Part shown: positions 27,396 to 34,700 of the stretch, one piece after another
Position numbering within the stretch: the first letter of the stretch is position 1
Layout of the letters: the number at the start of each line of letters is the position of its first letter
Assembly (NCBI GenBank): GCA_963667785.2
Contig: CAXXMU010000006.1
Location: forward strand, 1,141,779-1,205,778
Source: Alphaproteobacteria bacterium
Lineage (GTDB): Bacteria > Pseudomonadota > Alphaproteobacteria > UBA828
Reading direction: 5' to 3'
Length of the DNA: 64,000 bases
Notes under the pieces: generated by a model
Seen by the model: the letters and a program-made list of their open reading frames with translations, nothing else
Databases searched by the model: none
What the model was told of the DNA's origin: nothing
Position numbers and translations under genes: made by a program

Positions 27396-28172
27396 ATGAC
27401 GCGGAATCATTACGAGGAGAAGCAGGAGAGGCGCCGCGAGCGCCTCGAGGAGGCCGCCGACCGGGCCGAGCGTGAAGGCCACGCCAAGATCAACCGCGGG
27501 CGCGATATGGCGTCCGTGATCCCGTTCGGCCAGCCGATCCTTGTGGGGCACCACTCGGAGAAGCGAGACCGGAACTATAGGAGGCGCATCGACAACACCA
27601 TGCGCGCCGGCCACGAGTCCCTCGAACGGGCGGGCGATCTCCGCGCGCGCGCCGCGGCGGTCGGCACCGGCGGTATCAGCAGCGACGATCCCGACGCGCC
27701 CGACAAGCTCCGCGAGCGCCTCGAGGAGCTGGAGAAGAAGCAAGCGCACATGAAGGAAGTCAACAAGGCGCTCCGCAAGGGCGACGATGCGGCGCTCGCC
27801 GCGATGGGGCTTTCTGCCGAAGCCGTCGCCAAGCTGAAGGAACCCGACTTTGCCGGCCGCACGGGCTATCCGGACTATGCGCTGACCAACAACGGAGCCA
27901 ATCTCCGGCGGCTCAGGAAGCGTCTCGCCCGCCTGGAAAGGCACGCGGACGACGAGACCACGAGCGAAACGGTGGGCAAGGTGGAGATCCGCGACAACGC
28001 GGAAATAAACCGCGTGCAGATCATCTTTCCTGGCAAGCCCGACGAGGGAGTCCGCCGCCAGCTGAAGGCGAGCGGATTCCGTTGGGCGCGCAGCGAGGGA
28101 GCATGGCAGCGCCACCGCTCGGCGGGCACGCTCCACCAAGCTCGGGCCATCGTCGCCGGGCTGCCGCAGTAG
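27396..28172 (+). CDS. DUF3560-domain protein
   Basis: IPFGQPILVGHHSEKRDR, GISSDDPDA, RVQIIFPGKPD and GFRWARSEGAWQR motifs. Confidence 0.85.
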   Translation: MTRNHYEEKQERRRERLEEAADRAEREGHAKINRGRDMASVIPFGQPILVGHHSEKRDRNYRRRIDNTMRAGHESLERAGDLRARAAAVGTGGISSDDPDAPDKLRERLEELEKKQAHMKEVNKALRKGDDAALAAMGLSAEAVAKLKEPDFAGRTGYPDYALTNNGANLRRLRKRLARLERHADDETTSETVGKVEIRDNAEINRVQIIFPGKPDEGVRRQLKASGFRWARSEGAWQRHRSAGTLHQARAIVAGLPQ

Positions 28173-28330
28173 CGACGCCAGCGGGTGTCGCTCCGCCCTG
28201 GGGCGGCACTCACGGGCGCCGAGAGGCGTTCCCTACCATGCGGGCCGGATAGGCTGGCCCGCGCCATTGGCCCTACAATCCCAGTCGATCGCTACCGGGC
28301 TTGTGGCCCACCGGGAACAGGAGAGATCGG

Positions 28331-28504
28331 ATGACTTTCGCGACCTACGCTGCCAACCCCGCCGAGGATGTTTTCGTGCCGGTTCGCGTCCCGGGCTGGC
28401 ACGCCGTCGACGGCGAAGCTCGCTCCGCTCGCGTCGAATTCGTGGACGGCCGCCGCGTCTGGGTGCCCGCCTGGGCCCTGCACGACATCTATACCGACGC
28501 CTGA
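28331..28504 (+). CDS. small hypothetical protein
   Basis: AGGAG RBS; 57 aa. Confidence 0.5.
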   Translation: MTFATYAANPAEDVFVPVRVPGWHAVDGEARSARVEFVDGRRVWVPAWALHDIYTDA

Positions 28505-28663
28505 CGCAGAAACGGGCGGCCCAAGGGACACCCGAACCGCCCGTTTCGTGCTGGCCGCGCTCTCGCACGGGCCAAGGGACGCCACTACCCTAGTCAGGGG
28601 ACGCCGGTCCGGTCAAGGAACATGAAGAGGGCCCTAGTCAGGGGACATGAGGAGGACACGACC

Positions 28664-28921
28664 ATGAAGCCCGAAGAATTCCGCGCGATCCGAGAGAGCG
28701 CGGGCCTGTCGCAAGGTCGCCTCGCCCGCCTGCTCGGCCTGGGGCGAGACGGTGGCCGGGCGGTACGGCGATGGGAGAGCGGCGAGCGCTCGATCGGCGG
28801 GCCGGTGACGATCTGCATGAGGGCACTTGAGCTCGGCGTGCTGCAGCCGGGGGAAGACGGCACCCCGGAGCTGCGGGGGAAGCCCAAGGCCAAGGGACGC
28901 CGGACTGGTCAGGGGACATGA
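28664..28921 (+). CDS. XRE-family HTH regulator
   Basis: FRAIRESAGLSQGRLARLLG...VRRWESGER; GAGGAGG RBS. Confidence 0.8.
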   Translation: MKPEEFRAIRESAGLSQGRLARLLGLGRDGGRAVRRWESGERSIGGPVTICMRALELGVLQPGEDGTPELRGKPKAKGRRTGQGT

Positions 28922-28988
28922 AGCCCCGGTCGCCCCGCGCGCGCCGGCGCAGTCAAGGGACAGGACACCAGCCAGGGGACATGAAACC

Positions 28989-29174
28989 ATGCCGGAGAAG
29001 ATCACCGATTTCGTGGTCCAATACCGCTTGCCAGACGGCTCGCCATGGACCGATCACGGCGGCCACGACGACCTCGAGGCGGCCCGCCGCTTCGTCGAAC
29101 GCCGGACGCCTGACGCAGATCGCGAGTGGCGCATCATGCGCCGAACGTGGACCCAGGTCGACTACGCCAGATAG
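28989..29174 (+). CDS. small hypothetical protein
   Basis: 61-aa ORF after the last motif copy. Confidence 0.5.
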   Translation: MPEKITDFVVQYRLPDGSPWTDHGGHDDLEAARRFVERRTPDADREWRIMRRTWTQVDYAR

Positions 29175-30589
29175 CCAACCGGCGTCTCGGGGTAGGCCAG
29201 CTCGCGGGGATCGTTGTAGCCCCGCCACCCCGGGGCAACGTAGTTGATCAGCAGCGTGCGCCGCACGCCTTCGATCGGGCGCGGCCGGAACCCGTGCCAT
29301 GTGTCGGAGGCCGGCACGAAGATGGCGCCGACGTTGTCGGCATAGGGCAGCCGCTTCGCTGGCGTCTCCGGATCGTGGAAGAGGTCGGTCCCCCAATCCG
29401 GGCCGTCGCCGCCCTCGTCCATGTAGATGAACATGGTGAACACCTTGTCCGCGATATCGGTGTGCGGCTTGCTCCAGTAGCCCTCCGTGTCGTGGGCGTA
29501 CTCGATCCGCAGGTAGGTGCCGGCCAGGTCGATGCCGCAGAACCGCTCGAGCGCCTCGGTCACCCGCGGACCCTGGAACGCTTCCGCCAGTGCGCGGGAC
29601 GAGGGCATGTCGCCGATGGCGCACGCATCGACGAACTGCCGCCCGGCATTGTGCTCCTGCCGGCAGCCGTGGTCGTAGTGGAGCTCGCGCGCCTGGGCGG
29701 GCCAGGCCTTGAGGCCGGCGAGTGTGTCGGGGTCGAGCACGTCCTCGAGGAGCCAGTGCCGGAACGGCTCGGCCTCCTCCTCGGCGCGCTGCAACGCGGA
29801 GAGGATGGCCGCCTCCGCCGCCGGCGTGCCGGTGCTCCGCCCGGCTGCCGCGACGGCTTGCACCGCCTTCGGCGCGCCCGCCCGGGCGGCTTCCTCGTGG
29901 TAGCGGAGGAACAGGTCCACGCAATCCCTGCGCTGATGGTCCCGCCTCTTCCCCTGATACCAGTGCTTGCGCGGGCGGTGCGAGACATTGCGCTGCACCG
30001 CGCTCCGAAGCCGCGCGTCCGCGAGCACCGCGGCGGGCTGCGTCGACATGTCCGTGAAGTGCAGCCCCTTGATCGCCTCGAGCGGCATGTCCTCGCCGTC
30101 GAGACAGTTCCACCGAGGATCAAGCTTGGCGATGTGCTCGCGCCCGATCGTGTCTTGAAGGCGGGCGTGCGCTCCGGAATCGCCCCTCATCGCCTCGATT
30201 GAGGGAAGTACCTCGCGCGCCGAAGCGCAATCGAAGACCGACACGCACAGGCGGCCCGGCCAGCGCGCCATGATGGGCTTGCCCCCCAGATCCGCATGCC
30301 AGAGCTCGGCCAGGTCGCCGAGCACGAGCACGTCGTTGTCCATGTAGATGGCGCGGCCCTCGTGGCCGGCGGCCTCCGGTACGGCCCAGCGGTATCCGCT
30401 GAACGGCGTGGCCCACCGGCGGCGATCCCAGCCCGCCCACGGGCCTTCCGAAGCGTCGGCGCGCATCCAGGTGATGTCGACAGGCAGCGAGCTGTGCTTT
30501 CTGGCGCTGTGTTCCAGCACGCGCTCCGTTTCCAGATCCATGCCGCCGGGGCTGGCACCGACGAAGAGCCTGATGGATCCTGCGCTCAT
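29162..30589 (-). CDS. GT8-like glycosyltransferase fused to 2OG-Fe(II) oxygenase
   Basis: WATPFSGYRW, AIYMDND (DxD), WNCLD and LHFT; C-terminal PHTD...WHGF...RRTL (HxD..H..R). Confidence 0.75.
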   Translation of the reverse strand: MSAGSIRLFVGASPGGMDLETERVLEHSARKHSSLPVDITWMRADASEGPWAGWDRRRWATPFSGYRWAVPEAAGHEGRAIYMDNDVLVLGDLAELWHADLGGKPIMARWPGRLCVSVFDCASAREVLPSIEAMRGDSGAHARLQDTIGREHIAKLDPRWNCLDGEDMPLEAIKGLHFTDMSTQPAAVLADARLRSAVQRNVSHRPRKHWYQGKRRDHQRRDCVDLFLRYHEEAARAGAPKAVQAVAAAGRSTGTPAAEAAILSALQRAEEEAEPFRHWLLEDVLDPDTLAGLKAWPAQARELHYDHGCRQEHNAGRQFVDACAIGDMPSSRALAEAFQGPRVTEALERFCGIDLAGTYLRIEYAHDTEGYWSKPHTDIADKVFTMFIYMDEGGDGPDWGTDLFHDPETPAKRLPYADNVGAIFVPASDTWHGFRPRPIEGVRRTLLINYVAPGWRGYNDPRELAYPETPVGYLA

Positions 30590-31374
30590 AGCTCGTACTT
30601 CTTCCACATGCTGTAGGTCGCCGGATCGGCCGTATTGACGTAGGGGCCGAGAAAATACTTCCGGTGCAGCGCGTCGTCGACGGCCCGGATTTCCTCGGTC
30701 GTCTTCCCGGCGCAGTGGGTGTCGTAGTAGGCGTTGAGCTTGCAGCGCTGGCACGTGCCGCAGGCGGGCGTCGAGGGGCACCGCACCGTGAGCGCCCACA
30801 ACGCCGCCGGGATGCGGCTCTGAAGCTCGAACCGGCCCACGCCGGAATATGTGCCGTCCTCATGGGCGGTGTAATACCCGCGATGGCGCAGCGGAATGCT
30901 CGTCTGCGCCTCGTAGTAAGGTACCCAGACCCGTTCCTGAAGGTCGTTGTCGGTGTCCCAGAGGCACATGCCGGTCAGCACCTCGTCGCACTCCCAGAGC
31001 TCGGCGTAATGCGCGAGCGTATGCAATTTCTCCTTGCCCCAGCAGACGTAGGCGTCGCTGGTCTGCGTGTAGCCCGTCCGGCAGGGCTGGAAATCGGGCT
31101 TCTCCAGGTCAGTACCGGCGGGCTTGCCCAGGACGACGAGATCGCCGTAGCGAACCTCTGAAATCGCCCGCACATTGGCGGAGAGCCATTCCGCGCAGGC
31201 CTTCGTGCTGTCCTTCTCGATTTGGGGGCGTCTCGATTCCGGCGGGTTGGAGCTGTAGTGGCGGGACTCGTCGAGGTTGAGCAGAATCACCTCGTTGTCG
31301 GTGTCGCGCAGCGTCTCGTAGGCGAGGGCGGTGCTCTCGACGCCGCCCCCGAAGCCGAGCAGGCTCTTGACCAT
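30586..31374 (-). CDS. QueC-like PP-loop (adenine nucleotide alpha hydrolase) protein
   Basis: N-terminal FGGGVEST (SGGxDS-like) and C-terminal C-x5-CGTCQRC zinc site; ATGA coupling with the GT gene. Confidence 0.6.
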   Translation of the reverse strand: MVKSLLGFGGGVESTALAYETLRDTDNEVILLNLDESRHYSSNPPESRRPQIEKDSTKACAEWLSANVRAISEVRYGDLVVLGKPAGTDLEKPDFQPCRTGYTQTSDAYVCWGKEKLHTLAHYAELWECDEVLTGMCLWDTDNDLQERVWVPYYEAQTSIPLRHRGYYTAHEDGTYSGVGRFELQSRIPAALWALTVRCPSTPACGTCQRCKLNAYYDTHCAGKTTEEIRAVDDALHRKYFLGPYVNTADPATYSMWKKYEL

Positions 31375-31376
31375 CC

Positions 31377-32279
31377 TCAGTTCTCCGGCTTCGGCGGGAG
31401 GTCGACGAGAGGTCGGCAGCGCGCGTGGATCTCCAGCGCCCGCACCTTGAACGCCGCGAACCGCTCTGTCGCGTCGGCGTCGCCGATGTCGAGCGGCACG
31501 TAGCCGGACCATGGGCACGAGAGCAGCCGGTCGACCGCCTCGGCCAATCCAAGGGAGCTCTGCCGGATCGCACGGTACAAAGCGTAATAGCGGCCCCTTG
31601 CCTCGTGCGAGTAGAGCGTGAAATCCACGATGCCCTTGCCCAGCAGGCCGGCCACGAGCCCCATCTCGCTCGCAGTGGTGTAGCCCACCACGTCCGCCTG
31701 CCGCAGCAGAGCCATGCCGCTCACGTTCTTCGGGTAGACCCGTGCCGGCCCGAGCGGGGCGACGAAGGCCTCGTGCACGAAATCGTCCGGCGTCACCGGG
31801 TGCGGCTTGCACATCCACGCAGCGTCGGTCTCGAAGGCCCTTCGCACGTTGTCGCCGCTCACCATGTAGCTCAGGTCCTCGCCTGGCGGGAACCATATCT
31901 TCCTGGCCGCCCCGGCATCCTCCGATATGTCGGCCGCCGCCCACTTGTCGGCGATGCTCCGCGCTATCGCCTCGGCCCTGCCGTGCTCGACCGTGCCGTT
32001 CCACACCAGCACCGCGTCCAGCGCGAGGCGCAGGTTCACCTCGGCCGACATCGGAGACGCGATGAACGTGCCGAATCCCTCCGTGTAGGCCCAGGCGAGG
32101 GGGATGGTCATGTCGACGACGTAACTGGCCACGTCGTAGACCGGAATGTCCGGGGCCATTACCCGGCGGAAAATCGCTTCCAGTCGCTCCAGGTCAGGCA
32201 GTGAACCGCGGCCATCCGAGGGTAGCCCCTCTTCCTTTCTGACTTCCGCCACGCTCTTGAGCATGAAGTCCATATTCAT
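31377..32279 (-). CDS. GT-B/capsule-synthesis (KpsC/S)-like protein
   Basis: KPHP...LLRQADVV...SEMGLVAGLLGK pattern. Confidence 0.5.
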   Translation of the reverse strand: MNMDFMLKSVAEVRKEEGLPSDGRGSLPDLERLEAIFRRVMAPDIPVYDVASYVVDMTIPLAWAYTEGFGTFIASPMSAEVNLRLALDAVLVWNGTVEHGRAEAIARSIADKWAAADISEDAGAARKIWFPPGEDLSYMVSGDNVRRAFETDAAWMCKPHPVTPDDFVHEAFVAPLGPARVYPKNVSGMALLRQADVVGYTTASEMGLVAGLLGKGIVDFTLYSHEARGRYYALYRAIRQSSLGLAEAVDRLLSCPWSGYVPLDIGDADATERFAAFKVRALEIHARCRPLVDLPPKPEN

Positions 32280-32329
32280 TATCGGATGGCTCCGTGACTC
32301 GGGTGATCGCCGCAGTCGGCCTCGGCAAC

Positions 32330-32344
32330 GGAATCCTTGTCAAG
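32330..32344 (-). promoter_or_regulatory. phage promoter-like motif upstream of the modification operon
   Basis: CTTGACAAGGATTCC. Confidence 0.6.
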
Positions 32345-32579
32345 TGGGCGCTTGACGGGGCTGCGCTAGGACGCCCCGGCGAAGCCGAAAGGCCATTTGG
32401 CGGGTAAGGCCCTTAGCGTAAAATGGTGCCAGCCATGGCAGTGATCTCCTATGCCTACCCAGCTAGGGACCCGCATTGCCGTGGCTAGCGTCCCAACTGG
32501 TGCCGGCGGTGCCGGTTGGGACACGCCTCCCCTTTCGGGACAAGGGCAAGCTCTTCATCGTGTTCGCCCTTCAAATGTC

Positions 32580-34688
32580 TCACACGACGCCCTGCACGGC
32601 GATGCGGGCCCGCGCGTAGATGCCATCGGTGTAATACACCTGCCAATCTCTCGCGAAGCCGTATGCCCAGCCGCGCACGCCTGCGGTGTAGTCGCCGACC
32701 CACAGAGCCCGCTTGCCGCCCCGGAACTCGTGCATGACGGTGGCGAACTTATCCAGGTCCCCCACGGGGACTTGCACGTCGAACCGATGGAGCGTCGTCG
32801 CGGAGCGCTGGATCGTCGTCAGATCGCCATAGATATTCGTCTCGACATGAGAGAAATCCAGACCCTCGAATCCGCTATCCCCGATCTGCGCGTCTCCAAC
32901 GTTCTGGGTGCTTCCCAGCACGGCTTGACCGCACGAGAGTTTGGCGCCGCCCGACAAGCTGAGCTCCACATAGTCCGCGATGTTTTCGTCAGGGATATCG
33001 CCGATGATCACGCCCCCGCTCTCATCGTCTACCGGCACGATCCGCGTGTAGATCACCGCGCCGGCCGGTCCGTTCCTCCTCAGCGTCACGGTGACGCTCG
33101 AGCAGTCGATCAAGTTGATCAGAGCCACCTCGTTGATGGTCTGCGGCGTGCTCGTGTTGCGGGTCATCGCGAAACTGGTGTTGCGGGACGAGGTGAAGGT
33201 CGTGGAGCGGGAGCCGAAGCGGGTGGCACGGCTCCCCGTGCTCGTCTGGCGGCTGGCGGCGCTCGTGCTCCGGCTCCCCGTGCTCGTGCTCCGCTGCGTG
33301 GCGGTGGTGTTGCGGGTGGTATAGACGGTGGAGCGGCTGGCGAGGTTCGTGCTCCGGCTCCCCGTGCTCGTGCTCCGCTGCGTGGCGGTGGTGCTGCGGG
33401 TCCCCAAGGAGGTACTGCGAATTTCGCTGACGAACTGGGTCGAGCGGGTCGTCGCCGTCGTGTTGCGGCTCCCCGTGCTGGTCGAGCGGGTGACGGTTCC
33501 CGTCGTATTTCTAACGCCGGCGTTGGTCGAGCGGCTGCCCGTGCTCGTGTTGCGCGTCGGCGTCGTGTTGCGGCTCACATTGGTCGAACGGCTGGCCTGC
33601 GTGGAGCGAAATTGGCCACGCTGGCCAGTGGTGTTGCGGGTGAAAGTGGTGTTGCGGGTGGTATAGACGGTGGAGCGGCTGGCGAGGTTCGTGCTCCGGC
33701 TGCCCGTGCTCGTGCTGCGGGTCAACTGCGTCGAGCGGGTGACGGTTCCCGTCGTGTTCCGGCTGCCGGTGCTGGTCGAACGGGTCGTCGCCGTCGTGTT
33801 GCGGCTCCCGTGCTCAGTCGTCACCCGGCTGCCCAGGCTCGTCTCGCGGCTGGAGACGGTGGTGTTGCGGCTCCCCGTGCTCGTGTTGCGCGTCGGCGTC
33901 GTGTTGCGGCTCACATTGGTCGAACGGCTGCTCGCGCTCGTCAGGCGGCTGCCCGTGCTCGTCTGGCGGCTGCCAGCGCTCGTGCTCCGGCTGCCCGTGC
34001 TCGTCTGGCGGCTCGAGATGCCGCTCGTAACGCGGCTGTCCTGAAAGCTCGTGTTCCGATTACCAATACCGGAGAGCGTCGTGCGGCTCAGCGCTCCCAG
34101 GTTAATCCCGGCCAGCAGGACATTGGGGTTGGTCGCCCCCTGAGATGGCCTTCCGTCGAACAGGCGCCACTTGTTCGTCTGTCCGATATAGACCCAGTGC
34201 AGCGGGTCTGGATCTTCCACCAGGGGATCGGCGACGGCGGCAGCTTCGGCGGTCGGGGAATTGGCGGCGGGAAGAGCCGAGCGTTCGACAGCGGCATTAT
34301 CGGCGACGGCAGCGTCAAGCCCGGCCCTGAGGGTGAGCGTTTCAGTATTGCGATCCACTGACTGCACGATGGCCGTCACCGTGCCCAATGTGATCGTGTC
34401 ACCTGCGTCGATGCCCGTATTCGCGGCCCCCACGTCATCCACAACGATGCTCGTCGCGCTTGCGGAGTAGCCACCGGACTTGTTCACACGGGTCGAGAAC
34501 GCGTCGCTCTCGCGCGAAGACGAGGTGTGGTCTCTGAGGGACTGATAGACAGAGTGCACGGACGAAATCATGCGATAGTCGCCGCGCTTCAGCGTCTGAC
34601 CGGCAGCCCACTCCGGGTAGTCGTTCTCCGTCAGATTTCCAGCGACGTACGCCGAGTCGGAAATCGGGATCGGCGAGATCACATCCAT
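32580..34688 (-). CDS. tail protein (post-TMP) with about 300-aa Ser/Thr/Arg repeat insert
   Basis: Globular ends (DYPEWAAG, TNKWRLFD; LDFSHVETNIYG) flank repeated (S/T)RxTxxx units. Confidence 0.75.
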   Translation of the reverse strand: MDVISPIPISDSAYVAGNLTENDYPEWAAGQTLKRGDYRMISSVHSVYQSLRDHTSSSRESDAFSTRVNKSGGYSASATSIVVDDVGAANTGIDAGDTITLGTVTAIVQSVDRNTETLTLRAGLDAAVADNAAVERSALPAANSPTAEAAAVADPLVEDPDPLHWVYIGQTNKWRLFDGRPSQGATNPNVLLAGINLGALSRTTLSGIGNRNTSFQDSRVTSGISSRQTSTGSRSTSAGSRQTSTGSRLTSASSRSTNVSRNTTPTRNTSTGSRNTTVSSRETSLGSRVTTEHGSRNTTATTRSTSTGSRNTTGTVTRSTQLTRSTSTGSRSTNLASRSTVYTTRNTTFTRNTTGQRGQFRSTQASRSTNVSRNTTPTRNTSTGSRSTNAGVRNTTGTVTRSTSTGSRNTTATTRSTQFVSEIRSTSLGTRSTTATQRSTSTGSRSTNLASRSTVYTTRNTTATQRSTSTGSRSTSAASRQTSTGSRATRFGSRSTTFTSSRNTSFAMTRNTSTPQTINEVALINLIDCSSVTVTLRRNGPAGAVIYTRIVPVDDESGGVIIGDIPDENIADYVELSLSGGAKLSCGQAVLGSTQNVGDAQIGDSGFEGLDFSHVETNIYGDLTTIQRSATTLHRFDVQVPVGDLDKFATVMHEFRGGKRALWVGDYTAGVRGWAYGFARDWQVYYTDGIYARARIAVQGVV
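33150..34090 (-). repeat. coding low-complexity heptad repeat (about 21 bp) with block duplications
   Basis: SRSTSTG/SRNTTAT/SRQTSTG units; duplicated DNA blocks at about 33307/33649 and 33541/33877. Confidence 0.85.
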
Positions 34689-34700
34689 GACCGGTCCCGC

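Noticed and set aside
28505-28572. Fifth hammerhead (GAAACGGGCGG...CCGCCCGTTTC)
   Set aside because: GAAAC is fully paired in a hairpin and no CUGANGA core follows.
25224-28985. CRISPR array suggested by recurring CCAAGGGACA
   Set aside because: Repeats are only 8-14 bp, irregularly spaced and separated by whole genes; no cas genes are present.
30586-31374. 7-deazaguanine DNA modification cluster
   Set aside because: No dpdA, folE, queD or queE in the window; neighbours are glycosyltransferases.
33150-34090. Diversity-generating retroelement template/variable repeats
   Set aside because: No reverse transcriptase; the duplications are in-frame coding blocks without adenine-specific differences.
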